Origin: Amphiscolops sp. MND2022 | Lineage: Eukaryota | NCBI GenBank assembly: GCA_964187785.1 | Contig: OZ076411.1 | Location: 75,950,001-76,014,000, forward strand | Direction: 5' to 3' | DNA length: 64,000 nucleotides | Shown: piece after piece, positions 35,502 through 46,798 of the stretch | Layout of the letters: each line of letters opens with the position of its first letter | How positions within the stretch are numbered: the first letter of the stretch is position 1 | Notes under the pieces: model-generated | What the model was told of the DNA's origin: nothing | Seen by the model: only the letters and a program-made list of their open reading frames with translations | Database searches by the model: none | Translations under genes and position numbers: made by a program

Positions 35502-38500
35502 GAGACGCTTTGGTGACTAGACTAAAAAATAAGGTCGTCAGAGCGTTTCTGAGGCCTTTAGTCTGTAGCACTGGATCGTCTCTGGGAAAAAGTTAGTATT
35601 TTTCAAAAGATTCACGTTCCAGCTTTATTATGGGTTATTTCAGTTGGGATTGGGCTATACAAAAGTGCAAATGTCAAGAATTATTTTTCAATGGTACATG
35701 ATTACGAGAGGTGGCAATAGAAGCGTTTTGACCATTTTGGATGAATATAGAGACGGGCTGTGAGCTCAAGTGGTTATAAGACGCCCTCTAGCGGCTTTTT
35801 GTTGTCAAGTTATAGTTAACGTAATTGCTTAGTTATCCAATAGCAGGCCTTGATATTAGGATTCTAAAGTTCGCACCACTAATTTGGGGTTTGTTGTTTA
35901 TATAATTTTCGCAAACCATAACCAGTTAATTGCTTGTTCTACTGCAAATTGAAACATTTCAGAGACGTTTTGACTCACTATCACAAACCAATTTTTAATT
36001 CTTCCAAAACACCTGTACAACATTTACAAATTTTTACTCTTGATGGCTGACGACACTCTCGATACCGTCAGCAACCTTACTGATCTCGCTGGTTTGTCCT
36101 ATTCACCGCATACGGAACGTGTCATCAACAATTGTGTGGAGTCCATGCTGCAAGATGCCCCTCTTGATTGTGATGCAAATGCGGACGTTCTCAGTGGTGC
36201 GGAAATTGAAACCCTGTTGGAAAATGTTGAAATGTCAACTTCGACCCCTGTGCCTGCCGAAACGAAAAAGAAAAGAAAAAGAAGCCGTCGAAACCGACAA
36301 AAATTGCTGCTAAAAGGCAAAAGGCCCAAGCAACCTACAAAGGTAGCATGTGCGTTATGCAACGGTGCGTACGCAAACATGAGACAACACCTCTCACAAA
36401 CGCATCAAAATTTGATGGAATGCAAACGTAAGTTTCTCATAAGCTTCTACAGGACTTCAATTTGCAGCTCAACGGTGTACCAGTGCAATACGTGTCTCAT
36501 CAGGTTTACAGGCAAAGGCAAACATTTGAAACTTTGCAAAAAACCAGCAATTGTGAGAGTCAAAGCAACTTGCACTAACGATTTACCAGAAAGCCTGAAA
36601 AATGCCTCTATCTGGAATCCAAATTCTGGTACTGGTAAAGCGACTTCTTTACTGGAAGAGTAGAACATCAATCGAGAGGAAGGTGGGAACCCTGAGTTAA
36701 CGCGGTTCCAAAGGACTTTTTTGACCGCAGTTCTTAAAGGAACACAATTTTTGCGCGTCTCACTGAAGATAAAAGGTGCTTTGGGTCAGATTCAAAAGCA
36801 GAAGAAGTATACCTACCAAACCATGAGAAAACTAATGTTTGAACTGCTCAGAATGGTGGAGTTCCTGAAGGCATACAAGGCGAAAGAACTCAGAATCAAT
36901 AGACCATTAGTCGAGGGAACCATCAGAACTCTGCTGAGAAAGACAGCAAAAAAAGCAGCACAAGAAGTTAATGAAAGGCGTGTCAAGACGTTCAGCAATG
37001 TCCCGAGTCTGTACCAGGTGGCCTATTTGCGAAAATATGTCCTGGAGATGCTGGCCAAGTTCAGTCACATTGGTTTCGAAGATAACGAGTACCTACGCTT
37101 GGTGCTCTTTGTCATTAATTGCGAATCAAACTGTCGAATTGGGGCTCTTTTGGATTTAGAGTACTCATCCTATGCGGAAATGGAACAGGACCAAATCCCA
37201 ACTACATTTGACGAGAAAACCGGGTCCAAACTTCCAAATTTCTTGAGATTTCGTGCCCAAACCAAGCGATTAGTCGACCAATTTCATGAGAAGTTCCGTG
37301 AAGAGTTCAACAAGGAGCCGCTTTGAACATTCCCCTCATCTACAAACAAGAGGTTTTCATGCCAAGCAACGTACCTCAAAACGGCGCTCGCGAAATTCTT
37401 TTCCATAACTGACAAGCCCTACAATCCGGACAATGTGTGAAAGGCGTGGGATTCGTACAAGGTGAAAGCAAACTTCCTTCCAGAGGAGAACTTGGCAAGG
37501 CTCTATCAAATGAATACCGGCCACTGCGAGGCCACGCGTCACAAGTATTATGTACAACCGGCCACTGACGGCGAAATTGCAAAACTTTTGGATAATCAAC
37601 TCGACTTGATAAATGACCCTCAATCCTGCTATGTCACAGAAAACGATCCACCTAAAGCAGTTCCAGAGACAGCCAATGAGCCAAAAGTTTTCGAAGAAGA
37701 CGCGGAAGAGGGAGACCACGACCACAATCCTTCATGCGAAGGATTAGAACATCAAAAAACCGCTCTGACAGACGATTTTGATGAAACAGATGAAAATGGC
37801 AACATTTGTACTACTTCATGTGAACCTGGCTCTCCAATGGCGGTATGCAACCAAGCTCTTCTGAAATGGAGGCAGTGCAGATGGAAAATCCGCAGACGAA
37901 AGGCCCCGGTAAGAGACATGAAAAGCAAACTACGGGCAAAGACGATGCCAGATGGTATGCCATACAAGAGAGTTTGATGAAATTCAGAGGTGCAGACCCT
38001 CTACAACCACATTTAGTGAAACTATTTGACATCGTTTGCCAGAAAAAGAAGTACCCCTCGCGGAGGGAGCTGAGACTGGAGTGCAAACACTTCCCAGGAC
38101 TTAAAGAATCTGACAAAGAACTGCTCTGTGATAAGGCCGTGAAAAAACTGTCGAACGTGATGAAGAATGCAAAGTGGTAGAATTGATTGATTGGCGCTTG
38201 TTTGTTTGTTTTTAATTAATATTTGAGAGGAGTATATGAATCCTCAGTATTGAGTTTGTATTATTTGCTGATTTGTTGAGATTTCGCCTATTATATGTAG
38301 AAATCCAGTTTTTTCGACAGAACGTCTATATTATCTCATTTCGTCTTAGAATATGGTATAAGGACTTGCTGTGGAACTCAGCGTCTCTATTGTCACCCAA
38401 ACAATGGTTATTTCAAGGTCCTTCCTAAAGCCGTTTGTGTCTCATACAGCTGATACCAACTCCTTTTGATGTCAATTTTGCAATTAGAACTTGAACGGAG

Positions 38501-38814
38501 TCAAAATTCAACTTTTAAAAATCGGTCATTGGGACTCGTATCCGGACTTGCTGATTTGCTCAACGTCTCTATAATCTCTATTTAGCCTGCTTTTTAGGGA
38601 ATTTCACACAGTTTTTTTGGGGTCCTAATAACTACAAATTTTTTTTGGGAGTCATTAACATTGCTCCCATAGCTGAAACTAGCTGAAACTTGATGAGTTA
38701 TATTTCAGGAGAGTTTCAGAGACCAAAGCATCGAAATTCGTCAGCGCGCTTCCACTATTTATCTATAACGTCTCCTATAATCTCGACTAGGTAGTCAAAG
38801 CGTATCTATCATCC
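35501..38814 (+). mobile_element. YR element unit B2, complete, about 3.31 kb
   Basis: Direct copy of B1 at offset about 3363. Confidence 0.88.
36043..38180 (+). pseudogene. Zinc-finger/YR pseudogene B2
   Basis: ORFs 36040-36663, 36721-37326, 37462-37977, 37845-38180. Confidence 0.88.

Positions 38815-38879
<65 letters not shown>
38815..38879 (+). repeat. (GAT)n junction tract B2/A3
   Basis: Perfect repeat of about 21 units. Confidence 0.97.
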
Positions 38880-41800
38880 TTTATCGGAGACGCTCCGTCA
38901 AAATTTCAGACAATATTAGGCACTCTGACCACTTTTTGTGATTATACAGATACGCTTTGAAGTTATTGCCCTTCTGGAGTCTCCCAAAAGATAGAAAGTG
39001 GACTGTTGAGCACGCCTGAGTTTAGAAGAAACGTCACGAATCTTATGCCGGTGGACTCGAGTCCTATTATTGCAGGAATTAGATAATCTAGAAATTTTAT
39101 TACGTCTATGTCAAAAGAAGAATATAGATGCTTTTTGATACTAACATGAGTGACAATTACGGGTTCAGAGGCGTTTAATTAGAATTCAACTTTTGATCTC
39201 TTTCAAGTTTTTTTTAACCTTTTTACGATTATTTTCTTCCAGTTTCACCGTATTTCCAACTGATAAAAAGCGTTTAACGACTATTTTAAATGCCCATTGA
39301 TGTGCATAGAGAGACGTTTCAAACTTTCAGGGAAGACTATCAGATATCATTTAACCAACTTCGGTAATTAGAGACGTTCTGGTTAAAAATCAAGTTACAT
39401 ATCAAGGTAACATATCATGAACTCAAAGCATTCAAACAACAAGTACTGGCTAAGTAGCCAAAAGAAATATAATAGTAGGGGTAAATACAAAGAATCAAAC
39501 GGAAATCAAATCAGTACTTCATGTTTTTTATCGCATTTGAAAGCTTTTTAGTAGCCTTGTCAAGTACTTTCTCACGATCAGCATTACTCAGCTTCATCAG
39601 CTTGCACAGGTCTCTGAGTAGGCCCCGGCCTGTGTAGAACTGAGCAGCAACAACTTTGGTAAACAGTTCCTCGAGAAATAGTTGCAAGGGATTTGCAGGT
39701 CCTTTGAATTTTATCAGTTTTTCATTTGTGGCATCCCATTTCGTCGCATCGTTCTCTCTAGTTTTCAGTTGTCTTCTGACTCCCATTTGGCTTTTACCTC
39801 TGAAACGGGCTTATAATCTTCATCTTCTTGGTCACTAGGGACTGGACTTGGAACATCATATTCACAAATGTCATCATCATCAACCACCAAGGATTTGTTG
39901 TTGGCGTCTTCATTATCAGGTGTCAGAGCAACTCCGTCGACGTTTTCTTCCTGTGTATCTCCAACGTTTCCCGTGTCCATAATGTATTCTTCATTTTCTT
40001 CCGGCTCAAGATTGTCCTCTTGCTCAACTGGTAGTGGGGGCGGGGGATCTTCTTCGGTCTCGTAGCAGCTTTCGTGGTCATCAACTATCTTCAATTGCTC
40101 ATCTAAGAAGCATTCATTTTCTTCATCGGTCGCCGGTTTCAGGTAGTATTTTTGACGGGTGGCCTCACAAGTGCCAGTGTTCATTTGGTATAGCAGGGCA
40201 TTTTGACCTGTGACAGACTGAGACTTCTCGAAGAAGGTACCCCATGCTTTTCTTACTTTGTCGGGGTTATACAGCTTGTCGTCAATTCGAAAGTATTTGT
40301 AATTGACCTCATAGAAGTATTTGGCCTGGAAGGTGAACTTCTTGTTGGTGTTTGACGGAAACGCTAGCTTAGGTGACAGACCATTGTTTTCTTCCTTGAA
40401 GTATTGATGAAGGTCATCTACCCACTTTCTATTCTCGTTCGTTATTCGTATGAAATTGGGAAACTTCGCGCCCGTTTTGTGCTCGAAAGAAGTCATGACC
40501 TTCTTCCTGCATGGTTTTGTAGTCCTCAAAGGACAAGTTCAACAATGACCCGATTATGTAGTTCAATTCTGAATGGATTACAAACACCAGAATGCATAAA
40601 TAATCGTGGTAGCTGAACAAGCTGTAGACGTTCTGACCCAGCATTTCCCTAACCATCTGACGAAGATGGCTAACTTGGTACAAATTTGGCACTGAATCGA
40701 ACCTGGCTTGCATACGTCGATTAACCTCTTTTGAAGCCTCCATCGCAGTCTTTTTCAGCAGGTTTCTGACCTCTTCTTTGAACAAAGCCATGTTGAATCT
40801 CAATTCGTTTTGTTCATAGGAGTTGCAGAACTCGAGAAAACGATTGAATTCAAACATTAATTTCCGCATTGTTTGGAACTTGTAATTTTTTTTCGACTTG
40901 ATTCGATTCAATGTTGACTTGACAGCCTCGGGTTTCCTCAAAAAGGACGTTCCACTACGAATTTGAGCCAAAAATGTCTTCTGGAAGCGGGTCATGTTTT
41001 GATCACCGGCCTCGTTCCGGTTCTCATCATACTCTTCGAGCACTTTAGGGTGATTGAGAGATTTTTCTCGTCGTATACCAGGAATTTCAAAGCGGAAGTG
41101 TGAGGGGAATTCGTCCATCCATTTTTTTGTTAATTCAAAAATCCTAGTAGCATAAAAATAGCAAGAATTTTCGTTGTTGGGTTGTGGGATTATGGTTTTT
41201 AGACAAATGCTGTCTCAGATTTGCCACTCTTGTCAGGCAAAGTACACACTGTTTTACCCGTGGTTGTTTAGGCCGTTTGCCTTGCAACTGGTTTCGCTGC
41301 AATTGTCTGCCTCGGCGCGTTGATGTTTGTGGATAATTTGAATCACTTGGTTTCTTTGGTTCAGAAACTATCTCATTGGGTGACTGAGCGTGAGTTGGCA
41401 TATCAGAATCATTCAAAATTTGGCTTGAACATGCGTTGACGGACTCCATAAAATCCATACAAGTTTTGTTCACAAGAGCGTTTGTACTCGGAGAATACGC
41501 CAACCCGACAATTTCTGTGAGGTTGGAAATACAATCGAAGGACGTATCAGCTTGTGACATGGTATTCGAAAATACAAGATTTGGAAATTTCACATGAACT
41601 TAGATAAAAGGTGCAAATAATGGACAGCGCGTCTCTGCCGTGTTTACTTTCAAATCACATTCAGTTTGACAACGATTATTTGACCGCCTATTGTGCGAGA
41701 GTGCGTACAAATTACCTGCAGAGATGAGAAAAGGAACCTTAAGCGGTTTTGATAGGTTCTTACGCTAATAAAATAAGAGAATTTAGATCACGTGATATTA

Positions 41801-42097
41801 CGTCAGCAAGCATATGATTATCTTCCCTACTGTTGAAACGTCTCTATATTCACCCAAAACAGTTGAAGCGAGTCTAAATTCTGAAAAAGAATTTTTAAGC
41901 GTGAATGAATCGAACTGAAAACTACGCCGAAAAGTTTTAGATGGCTTAGCAATTCAATAACGAATATCGAAAAAACTGTACCTTTTGAAAAAAAGAAAAA
42001 AATTCTAAAATACATTCCAACCCCGACTAAAATTCCCAGAGAGACTGTCTGACCCCCCCCCCTTCGGAGTTTCCTTGGTGCTGGAACGTATCTGATC
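38880..42097 (-). mobile_element. YR element unit A3, complete, about 3.22 kb
   Basis: Left TTTATCGGAGACGCTCC; right GGAACGTATCTGATC followed by a degenerate GAT tract. Confidence 0.85.
39511..41560 (-). pseudogene. Zinc-finger/YR pseudogene A3
   Basis: FEHKTG; YNPDKVRKAW; TGTCEATRQKYY; R-I changed to I (NYIIG); frameshifts. Confidence 0.87.
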
Positions 42098-42125
42098 ATC
42101 ATGATGGTGATGATGATGAATATGA
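42098..42125 (+). repeat. Degenerate (GAT)n tract closing the array
   Basis: ATCATGATGGTGATGATGATGAATATGA. Confidence 0.75.
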
Positions 42126-42221
42126 CGACAAACACGCTCATCCATCTGTCGACGTGACAGTTGTTAATGTTCGGTTGCCTAAAAAGGGAACCAACTGTCC
42201 AAAAATTCGCATTGTGGATGT

Positions 42222-42398
42222 TATTCGCCAATCGGCTGGCTGCCTTTTTTGATGCTGATGCCATTTGTTCCAAACGAATGTGCATAATAAAACAATTCTG
42301 TGTGATTTACTTAATCACACAGAATTGTTTTATTATGCACATTCGTTTAGAACAAATGGCATCAGCATCAAAACAGGCAGCCAGCCGATTGGCGAATA
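42222..42398. repeat. Foldback palindrome (86-bp arms, 5-nt loop), MITE-like
   Basis: TATTCGCCAATCGGCTGGCTGCC... mirrored by ...GGCAGCCAGCCGATTGGCGAATA with few mismatches. Confidence 0.85.
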
Positions 42399-44431
42399 GT
42401 CTAGTAGACACTTTTGCTGTTGAGGATTGGTGCATTTTGGCAAACTCTGCCCGACTATTGCAGTGACTGTTTTTTTTTGTCGTCAGGCACCATAAAGTTC
42501 TTACCGCCGAGAGTGTTTAAGAAGCGCGTATTTGAAGCAGAAGCCTGTGGGTTTGAATCCGTACAGGGCTTAAAACTTTCCAATGTTTGTAGACTTTCTC
42601 GGGTCAAAGAAACTTCCTTCTGTTTTTTTTCAGCACCCTTAAGTTTTAGCCAGAAAGTGTATTCATCAAAAAGTCCTTCTTCCAGTTTTACTTTACCTCC
42701 TCGTTTTTGGCCGGCCCTGTGCGACTTACAATGTGTCGTTTTGTTTTTTTTGCACTCGCATGTTCAAAAGCATCTACCGTCTACCGGTACCCAAATTGCA
42801 AGTTTAGGAGACTTTAAGCTTGTTGAGATTTAAGAGGTGCTTCGTTTCTGGCTTCAGTGATTAGAATTTTTGTTTGCTGCGTTATTTTATCCTCAGATCG
42901 GAAAATCATTGCGAAATATCAGTTTTCCGATTAACGTTTCCTAAGGCTAGATAGGCATTGCGGCTGGTTATGCAAATTGTCCTCCATTGTTAGCAAAAGA
43001 AGACTGGAACCGATTGGACTCTCTTAATGAACAGCTGGACTTTACCACGGAACATTTTGAAGATGAGATGAGCGTTTACAGATAAGTTCTGTCTCGGTGC
43101 CTAAAATCTATGCTCCACGACTAATGGCGCCTGAGAAGCACCAGCCATTTTTTAAAGCTAGCAGATCATTCAGAACCGCCTGAAAACCAAATTATTACTT
43201 CACGGATCAATATGAATTTAGTTTTGAAGCTTTCAATGTTCCATTTTTCAGATTCTTTATTCAAATATTTTTCAGGGAACACCGCTATCGTTTTATATCT
43301 ATCTACCTTTGATCACTTTATCAGCTTTAATGCAAACTTCAAACAGCTTTCGGAACTTGCAGCTATATATGTTGTTTCAGTCATAGCTGAAGCTACATAC
43401 AGTGCATAAACATAAGTTCCGTAAATGTTATATTTCTACGGTGTATGCTTGTATAATTTTGGATGGAACAGTTTTGTGCTTTGAAAAACTTTGAATTTGA
43501 CTTCAAATATTGAATTTTGAGTGAAATTAGAACCAATGGTAACGCTGTTAATTGGGTACCTTCTTGGTAGCTGTAAAATCTCTGCTGATTCAGGCTGTTA
43601 ATTATCTGTTTTGAGGAAATAGTTGATTTAACACTCGAGCCCTTAATAGCAATCTTCGGTTGCAATCAAAATTTGAGATAAGGTAACAATTTCTCTCTTT
43701 CAGATTGTACTGCTCTATAATATACCCTAGTTGAAATAATTACAAGATTTACATGAATTCAAACACTGCAAAAGCGTCATATTTTCCTATGCGAATAGCT
43801 TTTTGTACAGTTTTTCAAATTACATGTAAAACTTTGCGGGGTATTCTGATGCCATGATATATGTCCTCAGGTATTTTTATAATCTTGAAATATATCTTAC
43901 CTCTTGACCTGAAAACTTGATAGATGTCACTCATTTAGAAATTAATACTTCATTATTAGATTGCTGACATTTGGTGACTCTTCCATTATAGACTTAATCT
44001 TATTGATGCCATCTTAGACTGATTAGAAATAAATTTAATCTTGATAATCGATGACGTAAATATTGTAGTTAACCCATCAGAAGAATAACTTGAATCTTAG
44101 AGTCTAGAAATTTTCTCATTTAAGAAGAGATAGATAGAAAATCTGAGATCTCAGTCAGACTCTATACTTGTGAAAGAAAGACTAGCTAGCTAAGAAACGG
44201 TGCTGCTTAGAATAGAGAAACTTCTTATGTTTAACTTAAAAGATCTAAAAAAAACATAACACACATTCTATGCAGCGCAATTGGTGCGACCACGAAAATT
44301 CTTCTCTTTCATCCTTTTGTTCAACAAATTCAATCCTCTTGTACATCCTTCCTCAACTTTTTCATCAGCTATTTCTTTGTTCGACACCCAGTCTCTCCTC
44401 AACTTGGCATCACCTACAGTTATAAACTCAA

Positions 44432-44728
44432 CGTTCCAACCAATTTGTTCGAAATTGATTCGTGTTGGTATAGTTCTGACTGCTACGTAACATACGTAAT
44501 TCCTGTCAGTCACTTTCTTCAACGTTCCAACCCTTTTTTAAAGGTGATATGTGTTGGTCATTCCTTTCCGTTCCAATCACAATTATTGTGATACGTGTTG
44601 GTCAAATAACTTTCGTTCCAACCACTACAATAGTGAAACGTGTTTTCTCCGTTCCAAGCAGAGAAAAGGTGACTCGTGTTGGATTTCTTTTAAACGTTCC
44701 AACCGCAGACGTGCGATACGTGTTGGTT
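44432..44728. repeat. Array of six hairpin units with frame CGTTCCAA...CGTGTTGG and variable inner stems
   Basis: Motif pairs at 44432/44461, 44523/44551, 44569/44594, 44614/44639, 44650/44675 and 44695/44719. Confidence 0.7.
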
Positions 44729-45464
44729 TCTGCAAAAGTGCTACCCAGCAATTCCTTCTAATTTAAGTTTGGTTCTAGCCGTTTGTATCACCTCATTTTG
44801 AGTTGGCACATCTTTTCTACAATCTTAAACTACTGTCACGCATAAAGACACAAAATTATATTACAAACATATAGACAAAAAATTATATTACAAAAATAGT
44901 ATACAAAATTTTATTACAGATACCTTGTACTATATAGTATAGAACATTTTACTATAGAACATTCAAAATTATACAACATATAATAAATATTATTCAACAA
45001 ATACTTTATAGTACAGTATAGGACCATTTTAACAACTGCGTTCAGCCGATGATCTTGTAAAATTCATTATATTTGGATGGTTTTTCCCTGCCTTTATTGC
45101 AGGTCTTGCTCTAGTATTTGATCGATTTTTAGTTTCTTTGATACCCAAACTCTAGAACAATTTTACATTACCTGAATGCCCAAATTACAGAACAATTTTA
45201 CATTGATATATCCTATGATACCTAATATAATATTTCCTCTTTGTGGTCTTTTTGGAATATACTATACCTTCCGTTCTTTTATACCATATGTAACAAATAA
45301 AATATTACTTTTCATTTGTACTTCCCTTACCATTCTTGTACAAAAGTTTTTTCCAGAACAATTTTTCCCTTACAATACATACTTTAGTACAGAACATAAA
45401 CTCGTCCACTACCTTTTTTTCCTTTATTTAAAGATTATATTACAAGTATTTCGTATAAGGACAT

Positions 45465-45973
45465 TGTTTTGTGGGTAGCTCTCAAGCTAATACGGAGAAA
45501 CTCAAAGATAGAGTTCAAGCTAAAGATTGAGGTCTTGTTCTCAAACAAGAAGACTAAGATTGATAACGTTTATTGACGATTTCTTATCACGGTAACGGTA
45601 TGAATATAAATGAGTGAGTTTAGAGACAATAGTGGAGAACTGGTTGTTAGCAGGTTGTTAACCAGCAAATTAGGCATTTAAAGCCAAAGGGGCAACAAAA
45701 AGGTCTCAACTGGTTGTTTACATGTATGTAAGAACAACGTTTACAATAGTGAGCAATGGGTGGTAAATATTGTACATGAAATGAGCAATGTAATTGCTGT
45801 CAAGCAAAGTGATTGATCAAAATTAAAGGCGAGAGAATAAATAGACAAAGAAACTAAAAAGAGAACTGTCGCAGATTCGAGCTCGCGCAGACCGGTTCGA
45901 AGACAAAGACTGATCCACTGTGCTAAGTGGACTAATAATTACTGCGCGATCATTGTGATGTCATGCGCCAACA
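45465..45973 (-). repeat. 3' LTR of BEL copy 2
   Basis: TG...CA termini; the purine-rich GGCCGGCGGGA precedes it on the minus strand. Confidence 0.95.
45866..45933 (-). promoter_or_regulatory. tRNA-like Pol III A/B-box module in the LTR (also present in the 5' LTR)
   Basis: TAGCACAGTGG...GCTCGAATC on the minus strand. Confidence 0.45.
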
Positions 45974-46130
45974 TCCCGCCGGCCATGAAGTATCAGCTTC
46001 ATTGAGTATATGGTTAGCACTCGTGCTAATACAGTTTGAAGGAATATGAATAGCTACCACTTGATAATAGTACGAATAGTAATGTCATGAATTTGAGTTT
46101 AAAGAAGACAAAATTAAAGTTTTCTGTTTT

Positions 46131-46194
46131 GGGGATTCGAACTCCAGACCTTCTGATGAGGGAATATGGGAATATTGAAATCACCACTGCACCA
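46131..46194 (-). promoter_or_regulatory. tRNA-like Pol III A/B-box module in the 3' UTR
   Basis: TGGTGCAGTGG...GGAGTTCGAATCCC. Confidence 0.6.
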
Positions 46195-46580
46195 TCATCG
46201 TCCATAAAGGGATTGGGTATACTTCGAGTACTTGAGTTGGGTGTGTGCAGCTGCAGAAAAATATAAAATATTGGCTGGCTTCTTTATTCTTCTCTTTACA
46301 CACTAAACCTCCTCCAACCACTGCACCATCATCGTCCATAAAGGGATTGGGTATACTTCGAGTAGTTGAGTTGGGTGTGTGCAGCTGCAGAAAAATTTAA
46401 AATATTGGCTGGCTTCTTTATTCTTCTCTATACACACTAAACCTCCTCCAACCACTGCACCATCATCGTCCATAAAGGGATTGGGTATACTTCGAGTAGT
46501 TGAGTTGGGTGTGTGCAGCTGCAGAAAAATTTAAAACATTGGCTTGCTTCTTTATTCTTCTCTTTACACACCAAACCTCC
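46184..46580. repeat. Three tandem 134-bp repeats in the BEL 3' UTR
   Basis: CCACTGCACCATCATCG at 46184, 46318 and 46452. Confidence 0.95.
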
Positions 46581-46694
46581 CCCTCGCCTCCCTTTTCATC
46601 CCCCCGTGAGGAAGGAATCCAGATCTGAACAAACTTCCCTTAGGACATTGGGAACCTACTCACCAGAGGTGAGGTAGGAGTGTGGGTGTGAGCA

Positions 46695-46768
46695 GGGCTC
46701 GAATCTTGGACCCTAAGGTTATCTAGAGGACTAACTAATGCATCGCCTGTTTGCCACTGAGCCACGAC
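46695..46768 (-). promoter_or_regulatory. tRNA-like Pol III A/B-box module just downstream of pol
   Basis: TGGCTCAGTGG...GATTCGAGCCC. Confidence 0.5.
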
Positions 46769-46798
46769 ACGCATTTTCGTTGTCAATCATGCTGCTAC

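Noticed and set aside
28774-42125. CRISPR or bacterial integron interpretation of the repeat-unit-repeat layout
   Set aside because: The context is eukaryotic (LTR retrotransposons). The spacers are 3-kb paralogous YR genes, the repeats are simple microsatellites, and there are no cas genes or attC-like sites.
9696-42125. (GAT)n tracts as telomeric repeats or chromosome-fragmentation sites
   Set aside because: Not a known telomere unit, and the tracts are internal and short; insertion-target or junction origin fits better.
42414-43665. Short ORFs between the array and the hairpin cluster
   Set aside because: No motifs, no splice pattern that I can support, and biased composition.
44833-45064. 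Candidate Gypsy 5' LTR and PBS (TGTCACG... start)
   Set aside because: No second LTR in the window and only a weak PBS resemblance. It remains possible, because the sequence on both sides of BEL copy 2 has similar composition.
45866-46768. Calling the tRNA-like modules true tRNA genes
   Set aside because: The acceptor and anticodon stems do not pair convincingly; only the A and B boxes are supported.
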